A stretch of 64,000 nucleotides of DNA from an uncultured Bacteroidales bacterium (lineage in GTDB: Bacteria; Bacteroidota; Bacteroidia; Bacteroidales; WCHB1-69): contig CAJOFJ010000009.1 of the NCBI GenBank assembly GCA_905233625.1, positions 14,492 to 78,491 of the forward strand, in the 5' to 3' direction. Of this stretch, positions 16,005-25,036 are shown in pieces (the first letter of the stretch is position 1; each line of letters starts with the position of its first letter). The notes beneath the pieces were generated by a model. The model saw nothing but the letters and a program-made list of their open reading frames with translations. It made no database searches and had not been told where the DNA came from. The position numbers were made by a program, and so were the translations under genes.

Positions 16005-19000
16005 TTATCGTTTCACCACTTTTCCCACTCTGTTTCCTACTTTCACGATGTAGGTGCCAGAGGAATATGCACCTAAATTTATTTGCATGTGATTGTCAGT
16101 CAGTGGCATGTTTTGGAGCAGCTTGCCAAACATGTCGAAAACCATCACATATTCGTGTTTTTGAAGAAGTGCGTCGTCGTCAATCTCTATGGTAACAATT
16201 TGTGTTGTTGGGTTAGGATAAATCTTCAGAGAATGATTGTTGTTATGATTTTCGATACTGGCATCTACCCGTACATCAAGTAAAAGAACGACAGAACTGT
16301 CGCATCCGCTATGGGAGTTATAGGTCTCATAGAACATTTGTGTTCCTGGATTTGTGGTTTGTGAGGAAGAAATATTGAATCCGTTCTCATAATAGCCTTG
16401 TCCTGGCGTAATAGCCGCATAAATCAGTGTGTAGAGAGGCTCTATGGTTAGATAGAGCAGCCATACGGTATCTTGGAGATAGTTGTCATATTCCGCATTG
16501 CGTACACAGTGACGATATAAACCCGTAGTGTCGCAAATTTGGTCGAAGAAAGTGTATGTTTCTCCTTCGCAGATGGTGGCATGCTGAGTGTATGTGAAGG
16601 AGGGTGTAAATACTTTGTCGCGGTATTGGTTGTCCACGGACTGCAAACTTTCAATGGATACATCCCCACGGGTGACCGCTAGATAATGTGGAATGGTAGT
16701 CAGAGCAAATTCAAATTCTTGCATCTCACCAGCATTCAAATTGAAAGGACCGGCAGAGGCAAAACCAATTGAGGAAAAGTCTCCTACAGCTGCTGCTGTC
16801 CAACCGTCGGGTCCGTAGAGGCTATCGGGCACTTCCACTCCATACGTGGCGAAATTACAGGGACTGTCAGTATTGCCATAATATGAGAAACGACAATCTA
16901 TACCGGTTGCTCCCCAATTAGCAATACCTGTCGCCCCATAGGATAGATGAGTGCTATCAAACCAAAGGCTTTGCATGTATTTATAGATATGTTCTGCACT
17001 TTTAGGATCTCCGAATATGGAAGAACCATCACCGTGCCGTAAAAAGCCTGTTAATCCATATCGTTCATTGTCCACGATACTATCCCCGAAACCTGTGCCA
17101 TTGATGGCATATTCATTTAGACCATTATTGATGAATAAGGAGCAGTTGGCGGAATCTGTATAGGCGGGATTGTCAATGCTATCAGCCGGCATAAGTGGTC
17201 CGGAAAGAAGGGTCAAGGTCTGTACCGGCCAATCATAACCGTATGCATTATCGGGAACAATCCCTTCCTCTTCACCACTGATGCCATCCCAGGGGAATGC
17301 ATTATAGCAATAAGCGGTGTTCTTTTTGATGTCAAAGCCAACGTAATTGTCACGGTAATATCCTAAGTCCCAGTAGTTATCAATTCCAATATAGGTGTTG
17401 TGATAATTGTGTTGTGAACGATTATGTATTTTATATTTTATAAAAATCGTGTTGTTCATGATGGTGTCTTCAGGGGCATCGTAGGCATAGACCATTACAT
17501 GAGTTTCCACGCCGAGTGGGGCGCCATCGCTTTTATGTTGGGCATAGTTGTCGTTGAAAATGACAAACAACGCCATGTCACCGGGAAAGTCGGGGTAATC
17601 GCCGTGTTCGGGTTCATAGTGGTTATTGTTGTCCACATCTACAAATGGTGCCAGCAACCAAGCTTGTCCCTTGGAGGTGTCACCATGTGCGGGCCAGTCC
17701 AAAATACTTTGTGGTATTAGATATTCCGGATTTTGATAGTTGTCCAGGAATTCGGTAACTTCATCTCGCTTGATTTTGAAAGTTCGGTTCCATTTCATTA
17801 CAGTGGTATAATCCACAGAAGCGTCAACAGTTGATAAAGGACCCGGCCAGGAATCATATCGGGGGCGGGATGTCTCTCCCATTAGATGTAACTGTTCATT
17901 TTCATCAAGACCTCCTAAACTGAAACCATAATAAGAATAGGTGCACTTGTGGGTTCCTTTAGGAAAGAAGAAGCCACCTTCATTTATTGAACTAAGAAAC
18001 CAGCAACCTGCACTTGGTCTAATAAGCGCATCTATAGCGTTGATATCTATCCGGTTGGTGCGTTCCTCAATAATACTTTCTATATCAAACGAGCTGACCT
18101 CTTCCATTGTGTTTATGTTTTCCATGGAAAATTCAAATGTCGGCGCATTATTGTTGGTTACAATGTCTGGGTGGGTGCCGACTGCTGAGGAATAGAACAT
18201 GTAAGGTCTGGAGACCCGTATTTGCACAGTTGCGTCGTTGTCCAACCAGTTGGCCTCTTCACCTTCCGCAGGCATGGGGATGCTGGTCCACATCACATTG
18301 TTGAAGACTTGCATCTTACGAACTCTACGGTTCCTTTCGTTAAAATTGGTGTCTTGTGCAAAAGTCTTGAATTTCTCACTAAGCCATTTGCCTTCATCAT
18401 ATACCCCACATTCATAGTAAGGATATTCCACTCCGTCAGTTCCTGTAAATGTGCCACCTGCACCATTGTCGTTGTAATTTCTTTGACTATTGCTGGACCG
18501 GTAATAGGTGTTGGCGGTATTTCCTGAACTACCGCAAATATAAATGTAGTGTCTTCCACCATTCAGAGGTTCTCCCAAAAAATTTGCGGATAGACCACCG
18601 TCATAAATGCTTAAATATAGGGAATCGTACTCGCTTTGTTCCATTGGTATAGGCTGTCCGTTGGTCCCCAAAATACAAGCTCCAGTGTTGTCTTTCTTGA
18701 AGGCATATACATTGGTGGGATTGAATATCATGTCATTGCCACGATTGTATTCGTCTTCTGAATTTTCGGCAAACATGATGTTCAGTCGCTCGCCAGTCTC
18801 CACGTTGATGGCGTAGCCTGGGAACCAGCCGAATCCCGTAGTGCCGCTATTGTCAGGATTGCCGTTTTTATCTACTGACGGGCATGTTTTAGGTTCATGA
18901 CGGATATTGTAGTAGGTTTGCCCATTGAAATGCTGGGTGACTTTGTATCCGTTTGCTTCTGTGCCAGAGCCTGCCTCCAACACCAAAGCCCGTGTCCATT

Positions 19001-20072
19001 TATTTTGGTCGGGCGTGAATACGATATCCACAGAATACAGATTGGTAAGCGTCTGATTATAGCCTGTGGCGTTATCTGTTCCCGCTAACTCTCTGAAGTC
19101 ATAACAATATGGCTGTGGATATTCTAGGAAATCATAATTCAATGCTGTATCAGGTGTTATGTAATTGGCTTTAGGACCACCATCGTAAGGAGAAGTCATC
19201 ATATACGGAGCCCATAATCCGTCCGTTATATGTTCATATTGTCCGTGATAATCTATAAAGCCTCGAAGATACCAAGAATAGTTAAAATCGTTATCAGTGT
19301 ATTCCTCGCTGTCGTATGGAGTGAAAAAGTCTTCTTGCCGCCACTTTAAATAAAAAGCATTTGCACCGTCTCCCCATTCGGTGTGCATCCAGGTTTCCAG
19401 AGAGGAAATTTGGTGGCCTGCCCTAATCCAGTTATTGGGCGTGAATGTCTCTGCATCTTGTAATCCTCCCAGCCAATGATGCGTTCCTTCGTATTTCACT
19501 CTTGAACCCACTAAATCAGGTTGCGCATATTTTGAAATATTGGAGAAAAGCTGTTCCTTGTTGTAATTTTTCAGGTAAGTTTCTAATGGAACATCTTGTA
19601 TAGAAAAAGGATGGTTTTTAACAGTTATAGCGATACCATGGTCTTCAAGAATCTCCTCTATACCTTGGCCTATACTATATTGTGAGGTGTAACTGCCTGA
19701 TGTGGAGTCAATTTCGTTATACCATTCCAAAATCCAATGAGCAGAAGTGTCCACCAAAGAATTATCCATGGCGTTTTGCAGAGGAGCAATTTTCAGTTTG
19801 TACTTGTAATTCTGCAGGTGGGTTGGGTTGAACAGGCGTACAATGATCGGGGTGGTGCCGGCTTCATATTCCACATCTTGTACCTTCCATGGCGCTCCTG
19901 CCATGATGCGGTCACGTGTGTCAGCGGTTATGTTTAAGTAATTGCCACCATTGCCTTGTCCTTCAAGACGTTTCACTTTGACATAAAGTGGAGTGTCATC
20001 CTGTGCTGTAGCAGAGAAGATACAAGACAAGAACAACATGGAGAAACATACGATAGTATAAAATTTCTTCAT
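16005..20072 (-). CDS. Large secreted protein with a T9SS type A C-terminal sorting domain (function unknown)
   Basis: 1355 aa. Signal peptide MKKFYTIVCFSMLFLSCIFSATAQ. The C-terminal ~80 aa (LKIYPNPTTQIVTIEI…GTYIVKVGNRVGKVVKR) match the Por secretion tail pattern. Confidence 0.8.
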   Translation of the reverse strand: MKKFYTIVCFSMLFLSCIFSATAQDDTPLYVKVKRLEGQGNGGNYLNITADTRDRIMAGAPWKVQDVEYEAGTTPIIVRLFNPTHLQNYKYKLKIAPLQNAMDNSLVDTSAHWILEWYNEIDSTSGSYTSQYSIGQGIEEILEDHGIAITVKNHPFSIQDVPLETYLKNYNKEQLFSNISKYAQPDLVGSRVKYEGTHHWLGGLQDAETFTPNNWIRAGHQISSLETWMHTEWGDGANAFYLKWRQEDFFTPYDSEEYTDNDFNYSWYLRGFIDYHGQYEHITDGLWAPYMMTSPYDGGPKANYITPDTALNYDFLEYPQPYCYDFRELAGTDNATGYNQTLTNLYSVDIVFTPDQNKWTRALVLEAGSGTEANGYKVTQHFNGQTYYNIRHEPKTCPSVDKNGNPDNSGTTGFGWFPGYAINVETGERLNIMFAENSEDEYNRGNDMIFNPTNVYAFKKDNTGACILGTNGQPIPMEQSEYDSLYLSIYDGGLSANFLGEPLNGGRHYIYICGSSGNTANTYYRSSNSQRNYNDNGAGGTFTGTDGVEYPYYECGVYDEGKWLSEKFKTFAQDTNFNERNRRVRKMQVFNNVMWTSIPMPAEGEEANWLDNDATVQIRVSRPYMFYSSAVGTHPDIVTNNNAPTFEFSMENINTMEEVSSFDIESIIEERTNRIDINAIDALIRPSAGCWFLSSINEGGFFFPKGTHKCTYSYYGFSLGGLDENEQLHLMGETSRPRYDSWPGPLSTVDASVDYTTVMKWNRTFKIKRDEVTEFLDNYQNPEYLIPQSILDWPAHGDTSKGQAWLLAPFVDVDNNNHYEPEHGDYPDFPGDMALFVIFNDNYAQHKSDGAPLGVETHVMVYAYDAPEDTIMNNTIFIKYKIHNRSQHNYHNTYIGIDNYWDLGYYRDNYVGFDIKKNTAYCYNAFPWDGISGEEEGIVPDNAYGYDWPVQTLTLLSGPLMPADSIDNPAYTDSANCSLFINNGLNEYAINGTGFGDSIVDNERYGLTGFLRHGDGSSIFGDPKSAEHIYKYMQSLWFDSTHLSYGATGIANWGATGIDCRFSYYGNTDSPCNFATYGVEVPDSLYGPDGWTAAAVGDFSSIGFASAGPFNLNAGEMQEFEFALTTIPHYLAVTRGDVSIESLQSVDNQYRDKVFTPSFTYTQHATICEGETYTFFDQICDTTGLYRHCVRNAEYDNYLQDTVWLLYLTIEPLYTLIYAAITPGQGYYENGFNISSSQTTNPGTQMFYETYNSHSGCDSSVVLLLDVRVDASIENHNNNHSLKIYPNPTTQIVTIEIDDDALLQKHEYVMVFDMFGKLLQNMPLTDNHMQINLGAYSSGTYIVKVGNRVGKVVKR

Positions 20073-20101
20073 AATTTAATTTTTTGAAACAAAAGATGAT
20101 G

Positions 20102-20109
20102 CAAACTTA
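20102..20109 (-). promoter_or_regulatory. -7 box TAAGTTTG (minus strand) for the T9SS cargo gene
   Basis: It lies exactly 30 nt from the start codon, the same spacing and the same 27-nt block as at 15364-15390. Confidence 0.5.
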
Positions 20110-20127
20110 CAAAAACTTTTCGGACTG

Positions 20128-20351
20128 AAAAAAAATAATTAGCACATTAAAATAATTTGTACGGCTTCGCTGATATATTTACGTCACTACCCCGCCCTAC
20201 GGGCACCCCTTCTAACAGAAGGGGAATTAATGATTTGCTAATTCATTGGCACATTAATAATTAGCACATTAAAATATCATTTGCTAATTAACGAATTAAC
20301 TAATTTGCTAATTCATTAGCACATTAGCACATTGTCTCATTAGCACATTAA
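20128..20351. repeat. Mosaic intergenic repeat region: ATTAGCAC/TTTGCTAATT words plus an inverted copy of the CCCCTTCT..GAAGGGG-TGCCCG.AGGGCGGGG-TAGTGACGTAA hairpin module (20174-20224)
   Basis: The module at 20174-20224 is the reverse complement of 23434-23484, near-identical apart from loop differences. Word repeats run from 20226 to 20350. Confidence 0.8.
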
Positions 20352-21425
20352 TTACGCTTCCTGTTTGCTGATATTCAGCAGCACGCCGGTGGCGATGCCG
20401 GCGAAGAGCAGGGAGGCGCCGCCGCGACTGATGAAGGGCAGTGTCTGGCCGGTGGCGGGCAGGAGCCCGCAGTTAACGCCGATGTGCACCAAGCCCTGAC
20501 AGCAGAACCAGAATCCTATACCTACTGCCAATAGCATACCGAAGGGGCCTTCGCTTTGCTTGGCAATTTTCACGGAACGGATGAACAGCATCAGGTAACA
20601 GGCCAGAATAATGAGGCTGACGGTGACACCCAATTCCTCGGTAACGGTGGTAAAGACATAGTCCGTGTCTTTTTCGGGCAGTTTTTTGTTGATAACGCCT
20701 TGTCCTGGTCCCGCCGGCAGCAGCCCCGAACGGGCGATGGCCGCTTTCGACATGATCATCTGGTCACCATAGCCTTCGCTGTTATCGTTGGTGATATAAT
20801 AATGGCAGCGGTGGCGGAAAGTGCTGGAACGGCCTGAATTGGTGCCGAAAAGATAGATGGAACCGAAGAAGACCGCTACAAGGCAGAACAATAGCAAATG
20901 CTTGATTTTGACATTGCCGATAAACATGATGGCCAGGCTGGTGGCGAAAAAGATGATGGCGGTGGACATGTTGCTGATGGCCATGCCCCCCATGAAAAAC
21001 AGTACGACACAAAAGAGTCCTGACACCTCCTGCAGCGTCATCTCGGAACCATTGTTGATACGCACAGCCAAAAATTTGGCAATAAAAAAGATGGCTAAGA
21101 AACCGATAAAATAAAAGGTCTGGATTTCCATGGAGCCGATTTTGATACCACGGTGTTCGTCATTGCCGAACGCCAATGTGGCAATCAGCAGGATAGCGGC
21201 AGCAAGGAGGGAGAGAATTGCCAATCTCGATAAAGCCCTGTAATTGATTTTATAGGCAATAAACATTCCGATAAAACAAAGGGCGAGGTTGAATAGATGA
21301 TGAGTGAAAACAGAAGTCGATTTGGCTGAACTCAGCACCGCGAATATGGAAATCAGCGACAAGACGACAGTGATGATCAAAACAGCCTTGTCCCCTTTGA
21401 ATTTTATTTTCTCCTGCAGACTCAT
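20352..21425 (-). CDS. ftsW: SEDS family protein (FtsW/RodA homolog), short and divergent
   Basis: 357 aa at the dcw position. Conserved PEKDTDYVFTTVTEELG and GLLPATGQTLPFISRGGAS are present, but the R-W…Q-P-S-E…K loop motif reads HRGIKIGSMEIQTFYFIG. Confidence 0.7.
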   Translation of the reverse strand: MSLQEKIKFKGDKAVLIITVVLSLISIFAVLSSAKSTSVFTHHLFNLALCFIGMFIAYKINYRALSRLAILSLLAAAILLIATLAFGNDEHRGIKIGSMEIQTFYFIGFLAIFFIAKFLAVRINNGSEMTLQEVSGLFCVVLFFMGGMAISNMSTAIIFFATSLAIMFIGNVKIKHLLLFCLVAVFFGSIYLFGTNSGRSSTFRHRCHYYITNDNSEGYGDQMIMSKAAIARSGLLPAGPGQGVINKKLPEKDTDYVFTTVTEELGVTVSLIILACYLMLFIRSVKIAKQSEGPFGMLLAVGIGFWFCCQGLVHIGVNCGLLPATGQTLPFISRGGASLLFAGIATGVLLNISKQEA

Positions 21426-21429
21426 TTTC

Positions 21430-21504
21430 TATTTAATTAAGAACTAAGAATTAAGAGTTAAGAATAAATCGCAGTTCTTAATTCTTAGTTTTTAGTTCTT
21501 AGTT
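21430..21504. repeat. TTAAGAA heptamer array and its inverted copy (hairpin) between ftsW and the murD remnant
   Basis: Left arm ttaagaactaagaattaagagttaagaat (21436-21464). Right arm ttcttaattcttagtttttagttcttagtt (21475-21504). Confidence 0.8.
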
Positions 21505-22062
21505 TTATAACTGTGCTACTGCGTCTTTGAACTTGTCACCTCTCTCACGGTAGGTGCGGTACATGCCGAAGCTGGTGGTGCCTGGGGCGAAAAGGATGGC
21601 ATCGCCAGGGGCTGAGGCGTAATAGGCGGTACGCACAGCGTCTTCCATATTCATGCAGCAATCTACCTGTTTGTCAAGATTGGAAAAGAATTCCATGATT
21701 TCGGGGTTGTAAACGCCCAAAAGGATGATGTGTTTCACTTTCTCGTTGATAATGTCCACGAGGCTGTCGCTGATGCTTTCGCGATTCTCAATGCTCATGA
21801 TCCAGGTGGTGGGTTTGGACATGCTTTCCAAAGCGAACCACACGGCATTGATATTGGTGGAACGGGAGTCGTTGATGAAATCTTTGCCTTCGATGGTTTT
21901 GACCAGCTCCAGATTGTTGGCACTGCCCTCGAAGTCGGACATGGATTCGTTCAAGCTTTCGTTACGTGCGTGGAGCAGTCTGCCCGCTACGGCAGCGGCC
22001 ATGCTGCTGCGGTTGTCTGTGGTTGGGAATACGTTGTACCCGATGTTTTTGTTTGCTGCCAT
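21505..22062 (-). CDS. murD: MurD C-terminal-domain-only ORF (remnant of UDP-N-acetylmuramoylalanine--D-glutamate ligase; N-terminal and ATPase domains absent)
   Basis: 185 aa at the murD position, 21 nt after the mraY stop. GKDFINDSRSTNINAVWFALESM and RTYRERGDKFKDAV align to the MurD C-domain. There is no GxGxxG Rossmann motif and no GTNGKT P-loop, and several conserved C-domain residues are changed. Confidence 0.65.
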   Translation of the reverse strand: MAANKNIGYNVFPTTDNRSSMAAAVAGRLLHARNESLNESMSDFEGSANNLELVKTIEGKDFINDSRSTNINAVWFALESMSKPTTWIMSIENRESISDSLVDIINEKVKHIILLGVYNPEIMEFFSNLDKQVDCCMNMEDAVRTAYYASAPGDAILFAPGTTSFGMYRTYRERGDKFKDAVAQL

Positions 22063-22083
22063 ATCTTTTTATCTTTTAATATT

Positions 22084-23340
22084 TTATCTTACTTTGAGTG
22101 TTAATAATGAAACTATTGCCAGCATGATGCCGATGACGATGAAGCGCTGTACGATTTTGGCTTCATGCAGGCCTTTTTTCTGGAAATGATGATGGATAGG
22201 CGTCATCAGGAAGACACGCCGGCCTTCACCGTATTTTTTCTTGGTGTATTTGAAATAGCTTACTTGGATGATGACGGAGATGGACTCCATGAGATAAATG
22301 CCGCAGAGGATGGGAATCAGCAGTTCCTTTCTGATGATGATACACAATACGGCGATGATACCACCCAAACTCAGACTGCCGGTGTCACCCATGAATACCT
22401 GCGCGGGGAAGCAGTTCCACCAGTAGAAACCGATGCAGGCTCCAATCAGGGCAGCGATGAAGACTACCAATTCGCCGATGTTGGGGATGTACATGATGTT
22501 CAGATAATCGGCGAAAATGCTGTTGCCCGACAGATAGGCGAAAATGGCTATGCCAACGGCGATGACCGCCGCTGTTCCTGTTGCCAAGCCGTCCAACCCG
22601 TCGGTGAGATTGGCACCGTTGGAGACTGCCGCGATGATGAAAATGATGATGAGAATGTAAACCAGCGAAGACAGAATACCAGATTTGTCACCTATCCAGT
22701 TGGTGAGCCATGCGTAGTCAAACTCGTTGTTTTTGACAAATGGAATGGTGGTTTTGGTGGAGTGCTGAGCAGGACTGTTGCTGAAAGCGGTGGTGGTGCG
22801 GTTCACATTGTCCACTTTGAACACTTCCTCGGTTTTGACGAGCTTTTCGCTTTCCGTGCTTTTTTCTTTGATGACCACATCAGGATGGAAACACATCACC
22901 AAGCCTACGATGAGACCCAAAATAATTTGTCCTATGAGTTTCTTTTTTCCAGAAAGACCTTCTTTGTTTTTCTTGAATACTTTGATATAATCATCGATAA
23001 ATCCTAAGCATCCTAACCATATAGTGGTGAATATCATCAGGATAATGTAGATGTTGCTCAACTTGTTCAGCAACAAAACCGGTATTATGATGGAGGCGAT
23101 AATGATGATGCCGCCCATGGTGGGGGTGCCTTTTTTCTGCAGTTGTCCTTCCAAACCGAGGTCGCGAACGGTCTCGCCAATCTGGGCTTTTTGCAGTTTC
23201 TTGATAACGCTTTTGCCGATGATCAGAGAGATGAACAACGACAGCACAATGGCGGTGGCTGCTCTGAATGAGATGTATTGGAACATTCCCGCACCGGGGA
23301 AATTGTGTCCATGAAGCCAGTCGAAAAGGTAGTACAACAT
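22084..23340 (-). CDS. mraY: Phospho-N-acetylmuramoyl-pentapeptide transferase
   Basis: 418 aa. MLYYLFDWL…GTPTMGG…GFIDDYIKV…[10 protein letters not shown]…FMGDTGSL motifs, plus a Bacteroidota-type insertion. Confidence 0.95.
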   Translation of the reverse strand: MLYYLFDWLHGHNFPGAGMFQYISFRAATAIVLSLFISLIIGKSVIKKLQKAQIGETVRDLGLEGQLQKKGTPTMGGIIIIASIIIPVLLLNKLSNIYIILMIFTTIWLGCLGFIDDYIKVFKKNKEGLSGKKKLIGQIILGLIVGLVMCFHPDVVIKEKSTESEKLVKTEEVFKVDNVNRTTTAFSNSPAQHSTKTTIPFVKNNEFDYAWLTNWIGDKSGILSSLVYILIIIFIIAAVSNGANLTDGLDGLATGTAAVIAVGIAIFAYLSGNSIFADYLNIMYIPNIGELVVFIAALIGACIGFYWWNCFPAQVFMGDTGSLSLGGIIAVLCIIIRKELLIPILCGIYLMESISVIIQVSYFKYTKKKYGEGRRVFLMTPIHHHFQKKGLHEAKIVQRFIVIGIMLAIVSLLTLKVR

Positions 23341-23544
23341 AGGGATTAGTTTTTAGTGATTAGAGTTTAGTGTTTAGAGTTTACGGTTTAGTTGGGGGAG
23401 TTTAGTACTTCGTACTCAAGGGAAGTTTAAATTCCCCTTCTTCAAGAAGGGGTGGCCGAAGGCCGGGGTAGTGACGTAAGTGTAATTCAAAATTCAAAGT
23501 TCAAAATTCAAGAATGTAGGGACGCAATTTATTGCGTCCGTCTG
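23341..23544. repeat. 204-bp hairpin and word-repeat cluster inserted between murE and mraY
   Basis: TTAGNGN heptamers (23341-23395), gtac-ttcg-gtac, gggaa…ttccc, ccccttc-ttcaa-gaagggg, ggcc-gaa-ggcc, GGGGTAGTGACGTAAG, TTCAAAR heptamers (23484-23514) and ggacgcaat-tt-attgcgtcc. Confidence 0.8.
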
Positions 23545-25020
23545 TTATAGGTTAAAGTTTGCTTTTATCTCTTCCGTGTCATCAAAATGATGCTTTACAT
23601 GATTGATTTCCTGATAGTTTTCGTGACCTTTGCCAGCTACTAGCAAAACATCTTTGCCTTGCATCAGCATGCAGGCGGTTTTGATGGCCTCGTGGCGGTT
23701 CTCGATGACCAACACTTTGCGTTTCTGGTCAGCACTGACTCCGGTGAGCATGTCGTTGAGGATGTCTTCAGGTTTCTCGGTGCGGGGGTTGTCGGAAGTC
23801 AGGATGACCTTGTCGCTGTATTCGCAGGCGATGGCAGCCATCTCGGGGCGTTTCAGTTTGTCGCGGTCACCACCGCAACCCACCACCGTGATGATGTTCA
23901 CACTGTGTTGCGTGATGTCGGTGATGGTGGAGAGTACATTCTTCAGTGCATCGGGAGTATGGGCGTAATCTACGATGGCAGAACCTCCTTCGTTGTTGCG
24001 GATCAGCTGGAAACGGCCAGCGGCACTTCCAAGGCCGCTCATTTGTTTCAGTACTTCGGCGGAATTCATGCCCAGGAGGATGGCGGCACCATAAATGGCC
24101 AGCAGGTTATAGGCGTTGAAGCGTCCGCACAGGTTGAAAAACACTTCTTGTCCGTTGATGGTCATTTGCAGGCCGGTGAAGTCATTGTCTAAAATCACTC
24201 CTTTGAAATCAGCGGCTTTCAATAGGCTGTATGTGTGCACCTTAGCTTTGCTGTTCTGGGTCATCACCAAGCCGTTTTTGTCGTCGATGTTAGTCAGGGC
24301 AAAGGCGCTTTCCGGCAGATCGTCAAAGAATTTCTTCTTGGCCTTGATGTATTCGGCGAAGGTTTTGTGATAGTCCAGATGGTCGTGGGTGATGTTGCTG
24401 AAGAGGCCTCCGGCAAAGTGCAATCCCGCAATACGGTGTTGGCAGATGGCATGTGAGCTGACCTCCATGAAGCAGTACTGGCAGCCAGCATCTACCATGC
24501 GGTGCAACAGCTCGTTCAGGACGATGGCGTCAGGGGTGGTATGTGTGGTGGGAATCACCTCGTTTTCAATACGGTTCTCAATGGTGGAGAGCAATCCCGT
24601 GGGGTAGCCCATACTGTTGAACAAACGGTACAGCAGGGTAACGGTAGTGGTTTTGCCGTTGGTGCCGGTAATGCCTACCAAGTGCAGTTTCTGGCTGGGA
24701 AAATCATAAAAGGCGCTGGCCAAAAGACCTAAGGCAATGTCGCTGCTGGGAACCTTGATGAAGGTAACATCTTTAGGTAGAGACATTTCATGAAACGTCT
24801 CTACAGGGATTTCCTCGCAGACAATCATTCTGCCGCCCTGTTCAATGACTTTACCAATGAAGCTGTGGCCGTCGACGTGGGTACCGCGCTGGGCGACAAA
24901 CAAGGTGTTGGGATCATTCACCTTGCGTGAGTCAAAAGTGATGGCCTCCACCTGACGGTCAGCGGAACCGATAAGTTCGTATTTTCCAATATGTTGCAAT
25001 AAAAAAGACAGTGTTTTCAT
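23545..25020 (-). CDS. murE: UDP-N-acetylmuramoyl-L-alanyl-D-glutamate--2,6-diaminopimelate ligase
   Basis: GITGTNGKTTT P-loop and the DNPRTE motif. The start is set at the ATG at 25020 (MKTLSFLL), 16 nt after the ftsI stop; the track ORF extends further upstream to 25101. Confidence 0.9.
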   Translation of the reverse strand: MKTLSFLLQHIGKYELIGSADRQVEAITFDSRKVNDPNTLFVAQRGTHVDGHSFIGKVIEQGGRMIVCEEIPVETFHEMSLPKDVTFIKVPSSDIALGLLASAFYDFPSQKLHLVGITGTNGKTTTVTLLYRLFNSMGYPTGLLSTIENRIENEVIPTTHTTPDAIVLNELLHRMVDAGCQYCFMEVSSHAICQHRIAGLHFAGGLFSNITHDHLDYHKTFAEYIKAKKKFFDDLPESAFALTNIDDKNGLVMTQNSKAKVHTYSLLKAADFKGVILDNDFTGLQMTINGQEVFFNLCGRFNAYNLLAIYGAAILLGMNSAEVLKQMSGLGSAAGRFQLIRNNEGGSAIVDYAHTPDALKNVLSTITDITQHSVNIITVVGCGGDRDKLKRPEMAAIACEYSDKVILTSDNPRTEKPEDILNDMLTGVSADQKRKVLVIENRHEAIKTACMLMQGKDVLLVAGKGHENYQEINHVKHHFDDTEEIKANFNL

Positions 25021-25036
25021 TGCTTTTTTTTTTTGA

